DNA of 64,000 bases, from positions 6,912 through 70,911 of the forward strand of contig JAMNXU010000021.1 of assembly GCA_023623175.1 (NCBI GenBank). Direction: 5' to 3'. Source of the DNA: Bacillota bacterium (GTDB taxonomy: Bacteria > Bacillota > Clostridia > Acetivibrionales > JAMNXU01). The translations under genes and the position numbers were made by a program. The notes beneath the pieces were generated by a model. That model was not told the origin of the DNA, did not search any database, and worked only from the letters and a program-made list of their open reading frames with translations. How positions within the stretch are numbered: position 1 is the stretch's first letter; each line of letters starts with the position of its first letter. Positions 1 to 9,501 of this stretch are shown here, in pieces.

Positions 1-48
1 GAAACAAGTTCCCTTAGCTTCTTCACCGCTTCTCCCGCAGCGTTTTTA

Positions 49-768
49 TCAGCGGAAAGCAGTGAAAAAATACTGTCTACCCTGTTTTTGTAATCCGCCT
101 TTTCTCTGCCATACTAACAAGTATCTCCAAAATAGCTTGCGCTTTATTTTTGCCGTCGGTATATGCTTGTCAGCCAACACCCTGATCTCTTTCATGGTCA
201 TATATGTATCATGCTTGCCGTGCCTTTCCCAGACTTCCCTTGAATAATCGTCATCTTTTCGCAGCCTGCCGTTTTTTATCAGGTTCATTATAATATCCGG
301 GAAAAATGCACTGCCCCATATAATGTAATCCCACAATGTTTCCGCCTGTACAAGATCTAATATGATAAGTTTGCCGCCTTTTTTGAGTTTTGCCTTGGCA
401 AAATCCAAAAGCCACTTGTATGGCAGGTGATGCGCCGTAGCCGTTGTTATGATGACATCGAGACTGTTGTCTTCAAACTCCATATCGAGGATATTTGCAT
501 AAACATACTCGATGTTGTCAGCCGGATACAGCTCTTTCGCCTTTTCAATCATCCTGTCCGCAAGGTCAACGGCTATCACTCTGTTTGCTTTTTGGGACAG
601 CATGTATGAGAGCTCGCCTTTGCCGCAACCGATATCAAGACAGGTTTCCGCTTTGTCCGGGACAAGTTTCAGGAGTTGCTTAAAATAACAGTTGTTATGA
701 TTCCACTTCAGCTCGTCAAGTTCCGATATTTCGTTGAAATCGGATTTTATGAGGTTGTAGTTTTCCAT
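49..768 (-). CDS. class I SAM-dependent methyltransferase
   Basis: 239-aa ORF. SAM-binding motif I is LDIGCGKGELS, followed by VIAVDLADRM and DVIITTATAHHL, which is typical of small-molecule Methyltransf_11/25 enzymes. Confidence 0.8.
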   Translation of the reverse strand: MENYNLIKSDFNEISELDELKWNHNNCYFKQLLKLVPDKAETCLDIGCGKGELSYMLSQKANRVIAVDLADRMIEKAKELYPADNIEYVYANILDMEFEDNSLDVIITTATAHHLPYKWLLDFAKAKLKKGGKLIILDLVQAETLWDYIIWGSAFFPDIIMNLIKNGRLRKDDDYSREVWERHGKHDTYMTMKEIRVLADKHIPTAKIKRKLFWRYLLVWQRKGGLQKQGRQYFFTAFR

Positions 769-830
769 GCTACTTTCCTACTAATTGTAAAATATATCAA
801 ATACCACTTAAAACCAGTCATCCCTTTATT

Positions 831-2618
831 TTATTCATGATTTTCTGCTTCTAAAGCGCAAACAAACTCCGCTACTACTCTAAATGCTCCTTCGGGTACA
901 TTTTCTAATACAATATCATCAAAATCCAAATTATCAGGAGACAATATTATTTTTTTATGATACCATGTGCCGGTTGCGTCGTATTCTTTTTTACTCCTGT
1001 ATCTCTTTATAGTATAGCTTTGCATGGTTTCAGGATCACTGACAAGATGCGATTCAACCAATACTATCTTGCCGTTGCGTGAACCGTCTCGTTCAAACCT
1101 GAAGATACAGTAACTGCCGTCCTTTATTGTTGGTTCCATTGATTTTCCCACAACCTGGGCAATAAACATATCGCGGTTAAGCTTTACTGGAGCATCGACT
1201 TTAATCCACCCACTAAGCTCTACATGCTCTTCATTCCCAAACGATGTTGCAACCGCCTTAAGGGAATATACCGGCAAATATTCTTTGAATTTTTTACTAT
1301 CTTCAACATTATCAAGAATTATAACATTATTTTGACCTGTAACTGTTTTTGCTGCAGTCGTCTTCTGCGGCAGCATTCTGGACTTGAAAAATTTCTCTGT
1401 AACCTTGTTTATAAAATATACATAACAGCCTTTCATTCCGCGGGTAAAAAGAACTCTGTATATGTTCTTAATCAGGTCAACAAAATTATTGCCTGACCTT
1501 TTTACCACACTGTCAAAAGATTTACTTTTGTCCCCGATCCAAGTCTGAGCATCAAAATCATATACTAAATCTTCACCCATTATTACTCCTACATAATCAA
1601 ATTCAAATCCTTGCGCCGTATAAACACAACCAATCTGATTAATACCGTTTGGATCATGCGCCCACAAAGAGGCTTCCGGAATGCCTTTTGCAAGTCTGCC
1701 TGCGTCAGGTTTTGCATTCCACGGTCTACGATAATTCCCAATTACAACATCTTCTACAAGAGTCCCATCATTTCTTGGGTCCGACCATTCCCAGCAGTAA
1801 CCCGCAGTCATTCTTGCACTGTATCCTTCCTTAGCTTTTTCACGAATAGCCTTTTCAAGGGCTTCAGGAGTATCAAATATTCTGAAATCGAAAGATTCAT
1901 TATCAGGATCCCAAAGAACATTAGCAGTTCTTTTTATACCAAGAGTGTTATTTATCCAATTAACGAAAGCATCGGAGCCATTACACCTGAATTGAATATC
2001 CAGTTCTTCGAATTTCACCACACGACAATTATTTCGTAAGGCGCTTTCATATATGTAGTCCACTGAACCTATTTCATCCGGTCTCACGACCTGTTTATCA
2101 TCCAAAAGAAATACGCTTACTTTCGCCGCTCTGATTATTTCATCAATTTGAGCTAGATTAGAACGGCGAGATGCAGGCGTAAACCTGTTATTGCTTGTTT
2201 TTCTTAACCTGTGGGCTTCATCGCAAATAATGACATCAATTTCATTGAGTCCCACGTTCATATAGCTATTGAAATATTTAAACTGACATGCTCCCCTCGT
2301 ACCTATTATGTTTCTCAGCGTAGTGGTAAAAGCCTTTGAACCTGTCGCATAATGGGCATTGTAACCGGCCAGCAGCAGGTCGGCCATTAAATTTATTGCA
2401 ATTACTGATTTACCGGTACCCGGCCCACCTTCAATAATCATAACCGTTTTTTGCGATGTATCCTGGCTTCTTTTTGCTTCGGCAAAAACCATGTCATAAA
2501 CTACTTTTTGATTATCCAGCAAAATGAATTCGGGTTTTCCCTTTATAACATTGGCAACATGGTTCATAAGCTTTTTGCTGGGTCTATAGCTACCCTTTTC
2601 AATTTTTCTAAAATACAT
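831..2618 (-). CDS. DUF2075-type P-loop NTPase (helicase-like) with C-terminal LexA/UmuD-like S24 peptidase domain
   Basis: 595-aa ORF. Walker A GGPGTGKS, Walker B VIICDEAHRL, and DUF2075-like blocks CVYTAQGFEFDYVGV and RVLFTRGMKG. The last ~150 aa carry GKSMEPTI (Ser nucleophile) and IKRY (Lys), as in S24 autoproteases. Confidence 0.75.
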   Translation of the reverse strand: MYFRKIEKGSYRPSKKLMNHVANVIKGKPEFILLDNQKVVYDMVFAEAKRSQDTSQKTVMIIEGGPGTGKSVIAINLMADLLLAGYNAHYATGSKAFTTTLRNIIGTRGACQFKYFNSYMNVGLNEIDVIICDEAHRLRKTSNNRFTPASRRSNLAQIDEIIRAAKVSVFLLDDKQVVRPDEIGSVDYIYESALRNNCRVVKFEELDIQFRCNGSDAFVNWINNTLGIKRTANVLWDPDNESFDFRIFDTPEALEKAIREKAKEGYSARMTAGYCWEWSDPRNDGTLVEDVVIGNYRRPWNAKPDAGRLAKGIPEASLWAHDPNGINQIGCVYTAQGFEFDYVGVIMGEDLVYDFDAQTWIGDKSKSFDSVVKRSGNNFVDLIKNIYRVLFTRGMKGCYVYFINKVTEKFFKSRMLPQKTTAAKTVTGQNNVIILDNVEDSKKFKEYLPVYSLKAVATSFGNEEHVELSGWIKVDAPVKLNRDMFIAQVVGKSMEPTIKDGSYCIFRFERDGSRNGKIVLVESHLVSDPETMQSYTIKRYRSKKEYDATGTWYHKKIILSPDNLDFDDIVLENVPEGAFRVVAEFVCALEAENHE

Positions 2619-3217
2619 GCTCCTTTGCCTTTTTCCAGCTTACTCACCAAAAAGCCGCTCAACTTATCTACATCCTCGGCAGTAAATACAGGATCAGTCT
2701 CAAGCATCCTGGTAAACTTATCAGAAAATATTACATCGCCAGGATACGGATGATAATTGTGCAAATAAGCGCAGGAATTGAGCTTAATCGGATCAGGTTC
2801 TTCATAAAATGCCGTATGGGTATCCTCCAGATACATTCTATATAGCCCGACCTGAACCGATGGATGGAGAATATCCCTGAGAGTTTTATCACCTATTGAT
2901 TCTTCGCATTTATCCCATTGCTTAAGTTCTACAATAACAGCATTATCCTTATTAAAGGCATCTTTGCCTGTTATCAGGCAATCCAGTCTTCTTGATGTCA
3001 ACGGGAGTTGATATTCCAGGATTATGCCGTGATCATCCAAACCGGTATAACTTATGACCTGCTGCAAAGCCCTTAGAGAATTTTGCCAGGAGTGAACTTC
3101 TCCATCGCTCGGATTATATCCATAGTAATTGTAAAAACTAATACGCAGTTTTTCTGCAATCTGATTCCGGACTGTGTCCATGACAAACTGTTCGGAGGTT
3201 CCTGAATACAGTCTCAT
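2564..3217 (-). CDS. PD-(D/E)xK nuclease-like N-terminal module of the DUF2075 protein, a separate ORF because of a frame change
   Basis: ATG at 3217 is preceded by GGGAGGA. The D...ExK-like signature is RLDCLITG ... AVIVELKQW. The 3' end overlaps the next ORF by 55 nt in another frame, and both frames encode parts of one conserved junction. Confidence 0.55.
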   Translation of the reverse strand: MRLYSGTSEQFVMDTVRNQIAEKLRISFYNYYGYNPSDGEVHSWQNSLRALQQVISYTGLDDHGIILEYQLPLTSRRLDCLITGKDAFNKDNAVIVELKQWDKCEESIGDKTLRDILHPSVQVGLYRMYLEDTHTAFYEEPDPIKLNSCAYLHNYHPYPGDVIFSDKFTRMLETDPVFTAEDVDKLSGFLVSKLEKGKGACILEKLKRVAIDPAKSL

Positions 3218-3531
3218 GAGAAATCCTCCCATGCCAGTTATATTTATCCTCACATGAGATTAGCTTTTGTAAAATAGGTTAACGTACATAAGCGTCTTTA
3301 TAAAATCATATTCTTCTAATACAAGTTATGTCAAGGTTAACAAAAAGAGAAAAATGTATACAAATGATAAGAGCAATTAACTCAATCCTGCAGTTTCTCC
3401 TGAACCATCGCCAACTCAATAAAAAAAGCACCTGGAGAAAAACCCCAAGCGCTTTTCACAGACTCGCGTTTATTGCAGAACCTTATTATTCATGCAAATA
3501 CTAGCTGGATCACCTGAAAACATCCTGTCCG

Positions 3532-3957
3532 TTATGCCTGACATTCGCAATACCAGCGGGGACCTCCTGCACTGACAAGAATAATATTTGAATTCGCCGT
3601 GAAATCGCCGGTTCTGATTGCGAATTTAACTTCCCTTGTAAGGGTGTCGCGCAAATACGAATGTTCCACAATTTCGCAGGGCATGTTTTCATCAAACAAA
3701 CTAAGATATTCCTTGTACCTTGACGGGCTGACATCAATCGTTGCCTTGCTTATAATAATTTTTTCCACGCTGAAATGCTTCAACAGGACTTTTAAAACGT
3801 CAACCGTTGTAGGAACATTTACATCAAGGGATATGTCGATAACTTTTGTTGAATTGGGTATGGCCAGGCCGGCATCCGCGATAAGTACGCGGTCAGTATG
3901 TCCCATTTTGGCAAGTTCTGCGACAATTTCCCTGTTTAACATTCCTGTTTCAGTCAA
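3532..3957 (-). CDS. RbsD/FucU family sugar mutarotase (D-ribose pyranase / L-fucose mutarotase)
   Basis: 141 aa. The N-terminus LNREIVAELAKMGHTDRVLIADAGLAIP matches the RbsD/FucU signature (GH-D...DAG-P). Confidence 0.8.
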   Translation of the reverse strand: MTETGMLNREIVAELAKMGHTDRVLIADAGLAIPNSTKVIDISLDVNVPTTVDVLKVLLKHFSVEKIIISKATIDVSPSRYKEYLSLFDENMPCEIVEHSYLRDTLTREVKFAIRTGDFTANSNIILVSAGGPRWYCECQA

Positions 3958-3980
3958 ATTCCTCGCCTCATTTCTTCATT

Positions 3981-5150
3981 TCATTCATTTCTTTCATAGC
4001 AGTTGATCAAAATTTCATACATCTCTTCAATTGTCGCTACACGAGGATTATTGAGATAATCTCCCAAAACCTGGCCACGATTTGCTATCTGGCGAAGCTC
4101 CTCTTTCGAAACGTTCAAATCTTTGAATCCAATCCACAGGTCGATCTTTTTAAGAAAATCATCAATCGCCACGCAGGATTCTTTTGCTGCTTCTTCATCG
4201 GAAAGTTCATTCAACGCGGGATTCAGGATTCTTCCCACCGTGGCGAACTTCTCAACAGCCCAGGCATAGGTGTACCTTGTAAATTGAGGATATATTGCCG
4301 CCAGCGCCTGACCATGGGCTACATGGGGAGCATGCCCGCCAACCTGCATACCCAGTCCGTGGGGCAGCGTAACACCTGCATTGGCATTGGTGAGGCCTCC
4401 TAAAGTGTCGGCCCAGGCCATCTTTGAACGGGCTTCGATGTCATTGGGATTTTCCATCGCTCTCGGCAGGTATTCCTTGATTATTTTAATAGCATCTATG
4501 GCCATCAGTTCAACGAGAGGATTTGTATTTACCGAGAGATACGCTTCAAAGTTATGGCAGAACGCGTCAAAACCGGTCTGTGCCGTTACACTTCTCGGCA
4601 TTGTGACTGTTACCTCGGGGTCGACTATTGCTACCTTCGGGAAAATATTCCTGTGCCAGATTGCCGATTTGTCTTTTTCACTGGTCTTCGTAATAACCGC
4701 GCACTGCGTGCACTGGCTCCCGGTTCCCGCCGTTGTGCCGATGGCTATAATCGGAAGCGTCGCGGAAGTAGGACCCGGAGTATGGCAGTTATAATCCCAC
4801 GCAGTTCCCGGGTGGGTTGCCTCAACGGCTATGGCCTTTGCAGTATCCATCGAGGATCCGCCTCCAAGGCCTATAACTACATCCACGCCGGCCGCCTTTG
4901 CCATATTTGCGCCCTCGGTTACGACGTCGGTGGTGGGATTCGGGATAACGCCGTCAAAATGTACTACCTCCAAACCGCTGTTTTTGAGTGATTCCTTTAC
5001 CTTTGCATAAAGCTCCTTTACTGCAGGAAATTCCGGTACGGTTACCAATAATGCTTTTTTGCCATATCGTGCAGCTATGGAGCCGATCTCCTTAACTCTT
5101 CCGCATCCGAAAATTATCTCAGTTGGTGCATAATAATTAAATGACTTCAT
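3981..5150 (-). CDS. iron-containing (group III) alcohol dehydrogenase, lactaldehyde-reductase-like
   Basis: 389 aa. GGGSSMDTAKAIA nucleotide-binding motif and the His-rich metal site FCHNFE ... LPHGLG. Confidence 0.85.
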   Translation of the reverse strand: MKSFNYYAPTEIIFGCGRVKEIGSIAARYGKKALLVTVPEFPAVKELYAKVKESLKNSGLEVVHFDGVIPNPTTDVVTEGANMAKAAGVDVVIGLGGGSSMDTAKAIAVEATHPGTAWDYNCHTPGPTSATLPIIAIGTTAGTGSQCTQCAVITKTSEKDKSAIWHRNIFPKVAIVDPEVTVTMPRSVTAQTGFDAFCHNFEAYLSVNTNPLVELMAIDAIKIIKEYLPRAMENPNDIEARSKMAWADTLGGLTNANAGVTLPHGLGMQVGGHAPHVAHGQALAAIYPQFTRYTYAWAVEKFATVGRILNPALNELSDEEAAKESCVAIDDFLKKIDLWIGFKDLNVSKEELRQIANRGQVLGDYLNNPRVATIEEMYEILINCYERNE

Positions 5151-5305
5151 GGTTCAACTTCCTTTCATGTTTTTTTGACTTTTGGGTATGGCCCATAGCA
5201 GATTGTTCGGAACTTTAACTCCGGGCTTATAGGAATCCTGCCTCCGGGCGGGAGGGGGAATACAGGAGATTCCCGCCGGGAGACAGGAGCAACAGAGATG
5301 TTTAT

Positions 5306-6274
5306 TTATTTTTTGGGATAGAAATCATCAACGTTTTCTTTCGTTACTATGGTAACACCGGTATCAAGGTTGCCGGGGAGCGGTTTTGCAGAAAGGCCGT
5401 GTGCTTCGGTAAAGAGCATCATAAGGCTCCAGTAACCCATGTTGTACATTCCCTGTGCAACGGTTCCGTCGATTTCGCCACTCTTAATCTTGTCAAGAAC
5501 GGTTACGTCAACATCAAAGGCGAGAACTCTCAGATCTTTTCCGGATTCTGCAACAGCCGTAGGACCTGCGGTCCCTGCGACACCGTCAACACAGAATACT
5601 CCGACTATGTCGTCATTAGCCTGTAATGCTGCTGCGAGGTTATCAGCAGCAACCGTTGTATTTCCGGCATCATTTACCTTAATCAATGAAACTTGCGGTG
5701 CATTGGCTTTACACCAGTCTTCAAATCCCTGGACGCGGGATTCACTGTTTTCCGCGCCAACGGTGTACAGGACGGCTATCTTGCCCTTGTAGTTTACCAG
5801 GGGAATCAGGAACTCTGCTGCCTTCTGGCCTGCTGCATAGTTACCGGTTCCGAGATATGCCGGGCGCTTGGAGGTAGGAGAATCGGAGTCAAAGGTTACC
5901 ACGGCGATACCCTGTTCAATGGCCGAATCAATAGTGTCTGCCAGAGCCGTGGAATTAACTGCAGTTACGGCTATTCCTTTCGGTTTTTGGGCAATAACCT
6001 GCTCAAGCACCGCAACCTGGCCTGCAACGTCGGTATCTTTCTGACCGGTGTACTTTGCGGTTACACCCAGGGCTTTGGCTGCGTCTTCAAAACCTTCAAA
6101 GCAGTATTTCCAGTAATCAATACCGGAAAGGAAAGTAACCATGTAGTACTCTTCCGAAGAATCGCCTACATAACCCTTTCCCTCCTTGTCGCCACCGGTA
6201 TCCGAACCGCTGTCACATGCTACAAGCGAGAACATCATTACGGCAACAAGGATTAATGCTAAAAACCTCTTCAT
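5306..6274 (-). CDS. sugar ABC transporter substrate-binding lipoprotein (RbsB-like, periplasmic binding protein type I)
   Basis: 322 aa. Signal peptide with lipobox LVAC followed by a Gly/Ser-rich linker. Type I PBP-like sequence. Confidence 0.85.
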   Translation of the reverse strand: MKRFLALILVAVMMFSLVACDSGSDTGGDKEGKGYVGDSSEEYYMVTFLSGIDYWKYCFEGFEDAAKALGVTAKYTGQKDTDVAGQVAVLEQVIAQKPKGIAVTAVNSTALADTIDSAIEQGIAVVTFDSDSPTSKRPAYLGTGNYAAGQKAAEFLIPLVNYKGKIAVLYTVGAENSESRVQGFEDWCKANAPQVSLIKVNDAGNTTVAADNLAAALQANDDIVGVFCVDGVAGTAGPTAVAESGKDLRVLAFDVDVTVLDKIKSGEIDGTVAQGMYNMGYWSLMMLFTEAHGLSAKPLPGNLDTGVTIVTKENVDDFYPKK

Positions 6275-6550
6275 AAATATCCACCTCTTTTTATATGCTT
6301 TTTATTTTTTAGTGCCAAAACGCACTAATGTCCTGGACTGGTACATTCATGAATTATTTGGTTTTAAACTGCCGGGCACTGAGGAAATTGATTCAAGTAT
6401 TGAACTGTTCAATTGGAATGTTGATTGGTTCAATATTGATTGGTCCGGTTTAAACCAAATTGAGTGCCAAACTTATTTGCAACATAAAAGGAACTTATTT
6501 GCCTTGGAATTTTTGCTATACAAATTTGCCGCATTAATGTGCCCATAGGA

Positions 6551-7585
6551 TCAGTCGGTTTCAACGGTTTTGCGGACAACTTTGTCAAGGCCGAGGAATT
6601 TCATGAAATAGCTTGTTCTTCCTTTTCTGCGCTGGTTCAGATAGTCAATCGTGACTGCGAGGACAAGAATTGCTCCCTGAACAAACTCCTGCCAGTAAAC
6701 GGACACATTCATCATAACAAGTGCCGAGTTGACTATCTTCAGCAGGAAAATTCCCAAAACCGTTCCGAGCACGCCACCTACCCCGCCCGTCATCGACGTG
6801 CCGCCGATAACTGCAGCGGAAATTGCCGTTGTTTCAGCTCCTTTGCTTAGTTCGGGCGTTGCAACGTTAAAACGGCCCAGTGACAATAAGCCTGCAATTG
6901 TAGAAATTAACGCGATTATGACATAAACGCCGATTTTAACCCTGTCCACGTTGATGCCGGAGAGTCTTGCTGCATTTTCATTGCTTCCGACATAGAACAT
7001 GTTCCTGCACATTTTTGAATATTTCATAAAGACAAAAGTTATTGCCGAAATAACCACAAATATTATGAAAAGAACGGGTACCCCGAAAACATAACCAGTT
7101 GCGAAGAAGCGGAATGACTTGGGCAAGTGACCGGAAACCGAAAGCGGAGAACCTGTTGTTATGATATAGGCCATGCCCCGGGCCAGATTCTCCATGCTCA
7201 ATGTAACAATAAAGGGAGGTAGGCCTATTTTTGAAATCATGAACCCGTTAAAAATACCCACAATCAAGCCACTAGCAATACTGGCAAGGCAGGCAACCCA
7301 GATGTTGACTCCCTGCAGAGCGAGGTACCCTGCTATAACGCAAGTCATGGCCGAAACGCCACCGACACTCAATTCGATGCCACCAAGAATCAATGCCATA
7401 GTAAGGCCGATTGCAAACAAGCCGTCAACGGAAACACTCAGTGCAATTGACCTTAAATTGTTTGTGTTCAGAAATTTGGGCTGAATGATTGTAGTAACCG
7501 CGACAACAAGCAGAATAATAAGGAATACCGTTATTTCCCTCTGATGTAATATTTTCCTCGCAATTTGCTTCACTTTGTTTTTCAT
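6551..7585 (-). CDS. sugar ABC transporter permease (RbsC/AraH family)
   Basis: 344 aa, polytopic and hydrophobic. Monosaccharide-permease-like blocks TGGIELSVG and GGTSMTGGVG. Confidence 0.85.
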   Translation of the reverse strand: MKNKVKQIARKILHQREITVFLIILLVVAVTTIIQPKFLNTNNLRSIALSVSVDGLFAIGLTMALILGGIELSVGGVSAMTCVIAGYLALQGVNIWVACLASIASGLIVGIFNGFMISKIGLPPFIVTLSMENLARGMAYIITTGSPLSVSGHLPKSFRFFATGYVFGVPVLFIIFVVISAITFVFMKYSKMCRNMFYVGSNENAARLSGINVDRVKIGVYVIIALISTIAGLLSLGRFNVATPELSKGAETTAISAAVIGGTSMTGGVGGVLGTVLGIFLLKIVNSALVMMNVSVYWQEFVQGAILVLAVTIDYLNQRRKGRTSYFMKFLGLDKVVRKTVETD

Positions 7586-7596
7586 AGCATATCCTC

Positions 7597-9105
7597 CTAT
7601 GACAAACTTGCTCCGGAAGCCAATGTCATTATATTTTCCTCAGTGACCTGCTCCCCTTGTAAAAATCCTGCCAGTTTTCCTTCATGCATTACTGCCACCC
7701 TGTCAGCAACGCCGATTACTTCAGGCAATTCACTTGAAACAATTATCACCCCTACTCCCTGCTCGCATAACGAGCGCAGGAGATTATGGATTTCGCATTT
7801 CGCGCCTACGTCAATACCTCGCGTAGGTTCGTCCATGATAATAACCTTGGGTTTTGTCGAAAGCCATTTTCCAATAAGACATTTTTGCTGGTTGCCTCCG
7901 GACAAGTTGTTTATAGGATATGACAACCCCGGAATTTTAATTGATAATTTCTTAACATATTCTTCCGCCAATTTAATCTCAAGTCTTTTAATAATCCAGG
8001 ACCTTCTTGAAACCGCTTCGAGATTAGCACTTGAAATATTCTCCGAAATGCTCATCTGCAGGAACAGACCCGAGTTCTTTCTGTCTTCGGTGAGATAGCA
8101 AATTCCCTTTTTGACCGCATCCCTGTACCGCTTGAATTTTTGCTTCTCACCGTATAAATAGATTTCGCCACCGGTCACCGGGTCTATCGCGCAAAGTCCT
8201 CTCATCAGCTCGCTGCGTCCTGCTCCCACCAAACCCGCAAATCCCAAAATTTCTCCTTTTTTCAATGTAAAGCTTACATTTTCAAATCCGTTCCCGCTTA
8301 AATTTTCAACTTTCAGGATAGGTTCCTCCTCGATCTTCGAGGATTTTTCAGGATAAAGGTTGCCAAGATCACGGCCTACCATCGCTCTTATTACATCATC
8401 GTGAGTGATTTCGGAAATATTCATGCAGTCAACATAACAACCGTCTTTCAGGACCGTGACGCGGTCGCATATTTCAAAAATTTCCTTCATCCTGTGGGAA
8501 ATAAACAATGTAGATATGCCTTTTTTCTTTAGATCCCTGACTAACTGGAACAATTTTGTCACTTCCCTGTCAGTCAGGGAACTGGTAGGCTCATCGAGTA
8601 TCAACAGTTTGCAGTTAAGGGAAACTGATCTTGCGATCTCGACAAGCTGCTGCTCACTGACCGTCAGCTTATTGACCGGAGTTTTGCTGCTGAAATTTGC
8701 GTCAAGGGTTTGAAGCACCGCATCGGCATCGGCGTAGAGCTTTTTAAAATCAATTCTGTCTCCTTTGCTTGGCAGTCGTCCAATAAAAATATTTTCAGCC
8801 GCCGAAAGATGGGGACACAGGCAAAGTTCCTGGTGAACAAAGCCAATTCCCGCATCCTGGGCATCCTTTGGACTTTTGGGACTGAATGGTTTACCGTCGA
8901 ATTTCATAGTCCCTTCAGTCGGAGGAAAAACACCGCCTATTATATTCATTAACGTGCTTTTTCCGGCACCGTTCTCCCCGCACAATCCATGGACCTCTCC
9001 TCTTCTTACCTCGAGGCTGACACGATTGAGGGCACACGTTCCGGGAAATACCTTGGTTAGATTCTTTACCTCCAAAAGTATGGTATTATCCGGGGTATTA
9101 TCCAT
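7597..9105 (-). CDS. sugar ABC transporter ATP-binding protein, duplicated ATPase (RbsA/MglA type)
   Basis: 502 aa. First half has Walker A GENGAGKST. Second half has GLVGAGRSE, the signature LSGGNQQK and Walker B IIMDEPT. Confidence 0.9.
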   Translation of the reverse strand: MDNTPDNTILLEVKNLTKVFPGTCALNRVSLEVRRGEVHGLCGENGAGKSTLMNIIGGVFPPTEGTMKFDGKPFSPKSPKDAQDAGIGFVHQELCLCPHLSAAENIFIGRLPSKGDRIDFKKLYADADAVLQTLDANFSSKTPVNKLTVSEQQLVEIARSVSLNCKLLILDEPTSSLTDREVTKLFQLVRDLKKKGISTLFISHRMKEIFEICDRVTVLKDGCYVDCMNISEITHDDVIRAMVGRDLGNLYPEKSSKIEEEPILKVENLSGNGFENVSFTLKKGEILGFAGLVGAGRSELMRGLCAIDPVTGGEIYLYGEKQKFKRYRDAVKKGICYLTEDRKNSGLFLQMSISENISSANLEAVSRRSWIIKRLEIKLAEEYVKKLSIKIPGLSYPINNLSGGNQQKCLIGKWLSTKPKVIIMDEPTRGIDVGAKCEIHNLLRSLCEQGVGVIIVSSELPEVIGVADRVAVMHEGKLAGFLQGEQVTEENIMTLASGASLS

Positions 9106-9277
9106 GTTAGCTCCTCCTTGGGCTGGGTGAATCTACCATGATACAGGGCACACCAACTATGATATGGCACTTTAGTTAGTTATCCTAATAAAGTATTTTT
9201 TATTGAAAATATGACATTTTATATTAATTTCTGAATGATTAACACTTAAATAACGAAAATTTAATACAGTTTGTATT

Positions 9278-9299
9278 AACTTAGTTAAGTTAACTAACT
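9278..9299. promoter_or_regulatory. candidate operator O1 (near-palindrome AACTTAGTTAAGTTAACTAACT) upstream of the ABC transporter operon
   Basis: Inverted repeat ACTTAGTTAA-G-TTAACTAACT, 173-194 nt upstream of the ATPase start. It is 19/22 identical to a second site at 12959-12980. Confidence 0.55.
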
Positions 9300-9408
9300 A
9301 CAATTTTATTTTATATATTATCTGGCCCTAAGTCAATACATATTAAGTCAATATCAATATATATTTTTTGAATAAACTGTTACGGGAAAAACCTGGGGCA
9401 CCACTTCA

Positions 9409-9474
9409 CTGAATACTATAAATACTGAATACTATAAATGGCTGAATATACTATAAATTCTGATACTATATAAC
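9409..9474. repeat. four tandem ~16-bp repeats (CTGAATACTATAAAT-like)
   Basis: The units are CTGAATACTATAAATA / CTGAATACTATAAATGG / CTGAATATACTATAAATT / CTGATACTATATAAC, read directly in the ROK-ABC intergenic region. Confidence 0.8.
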
Positions 9475-9501
9475 TTTAAGACAAAAACCTGAAAAGATAA
9501 T

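Noticed and set aside
5151-5305. GC-rich hairpins (TCCCGCCGGGA and CCTCCGGGCGGGAGG) between the binding-protein gene and the Fe-ADH gene, considered as a riboswitch or a member of a repeat family.
   Set aside because: I found no match to either dispersed repeat family or to a riboswitch core I recognise. They are most simply intra-operon stabiliser or partial terminator hairpins after a highly expressed binding-protein gene. They lack a clear U-tract, so they are not annotated.
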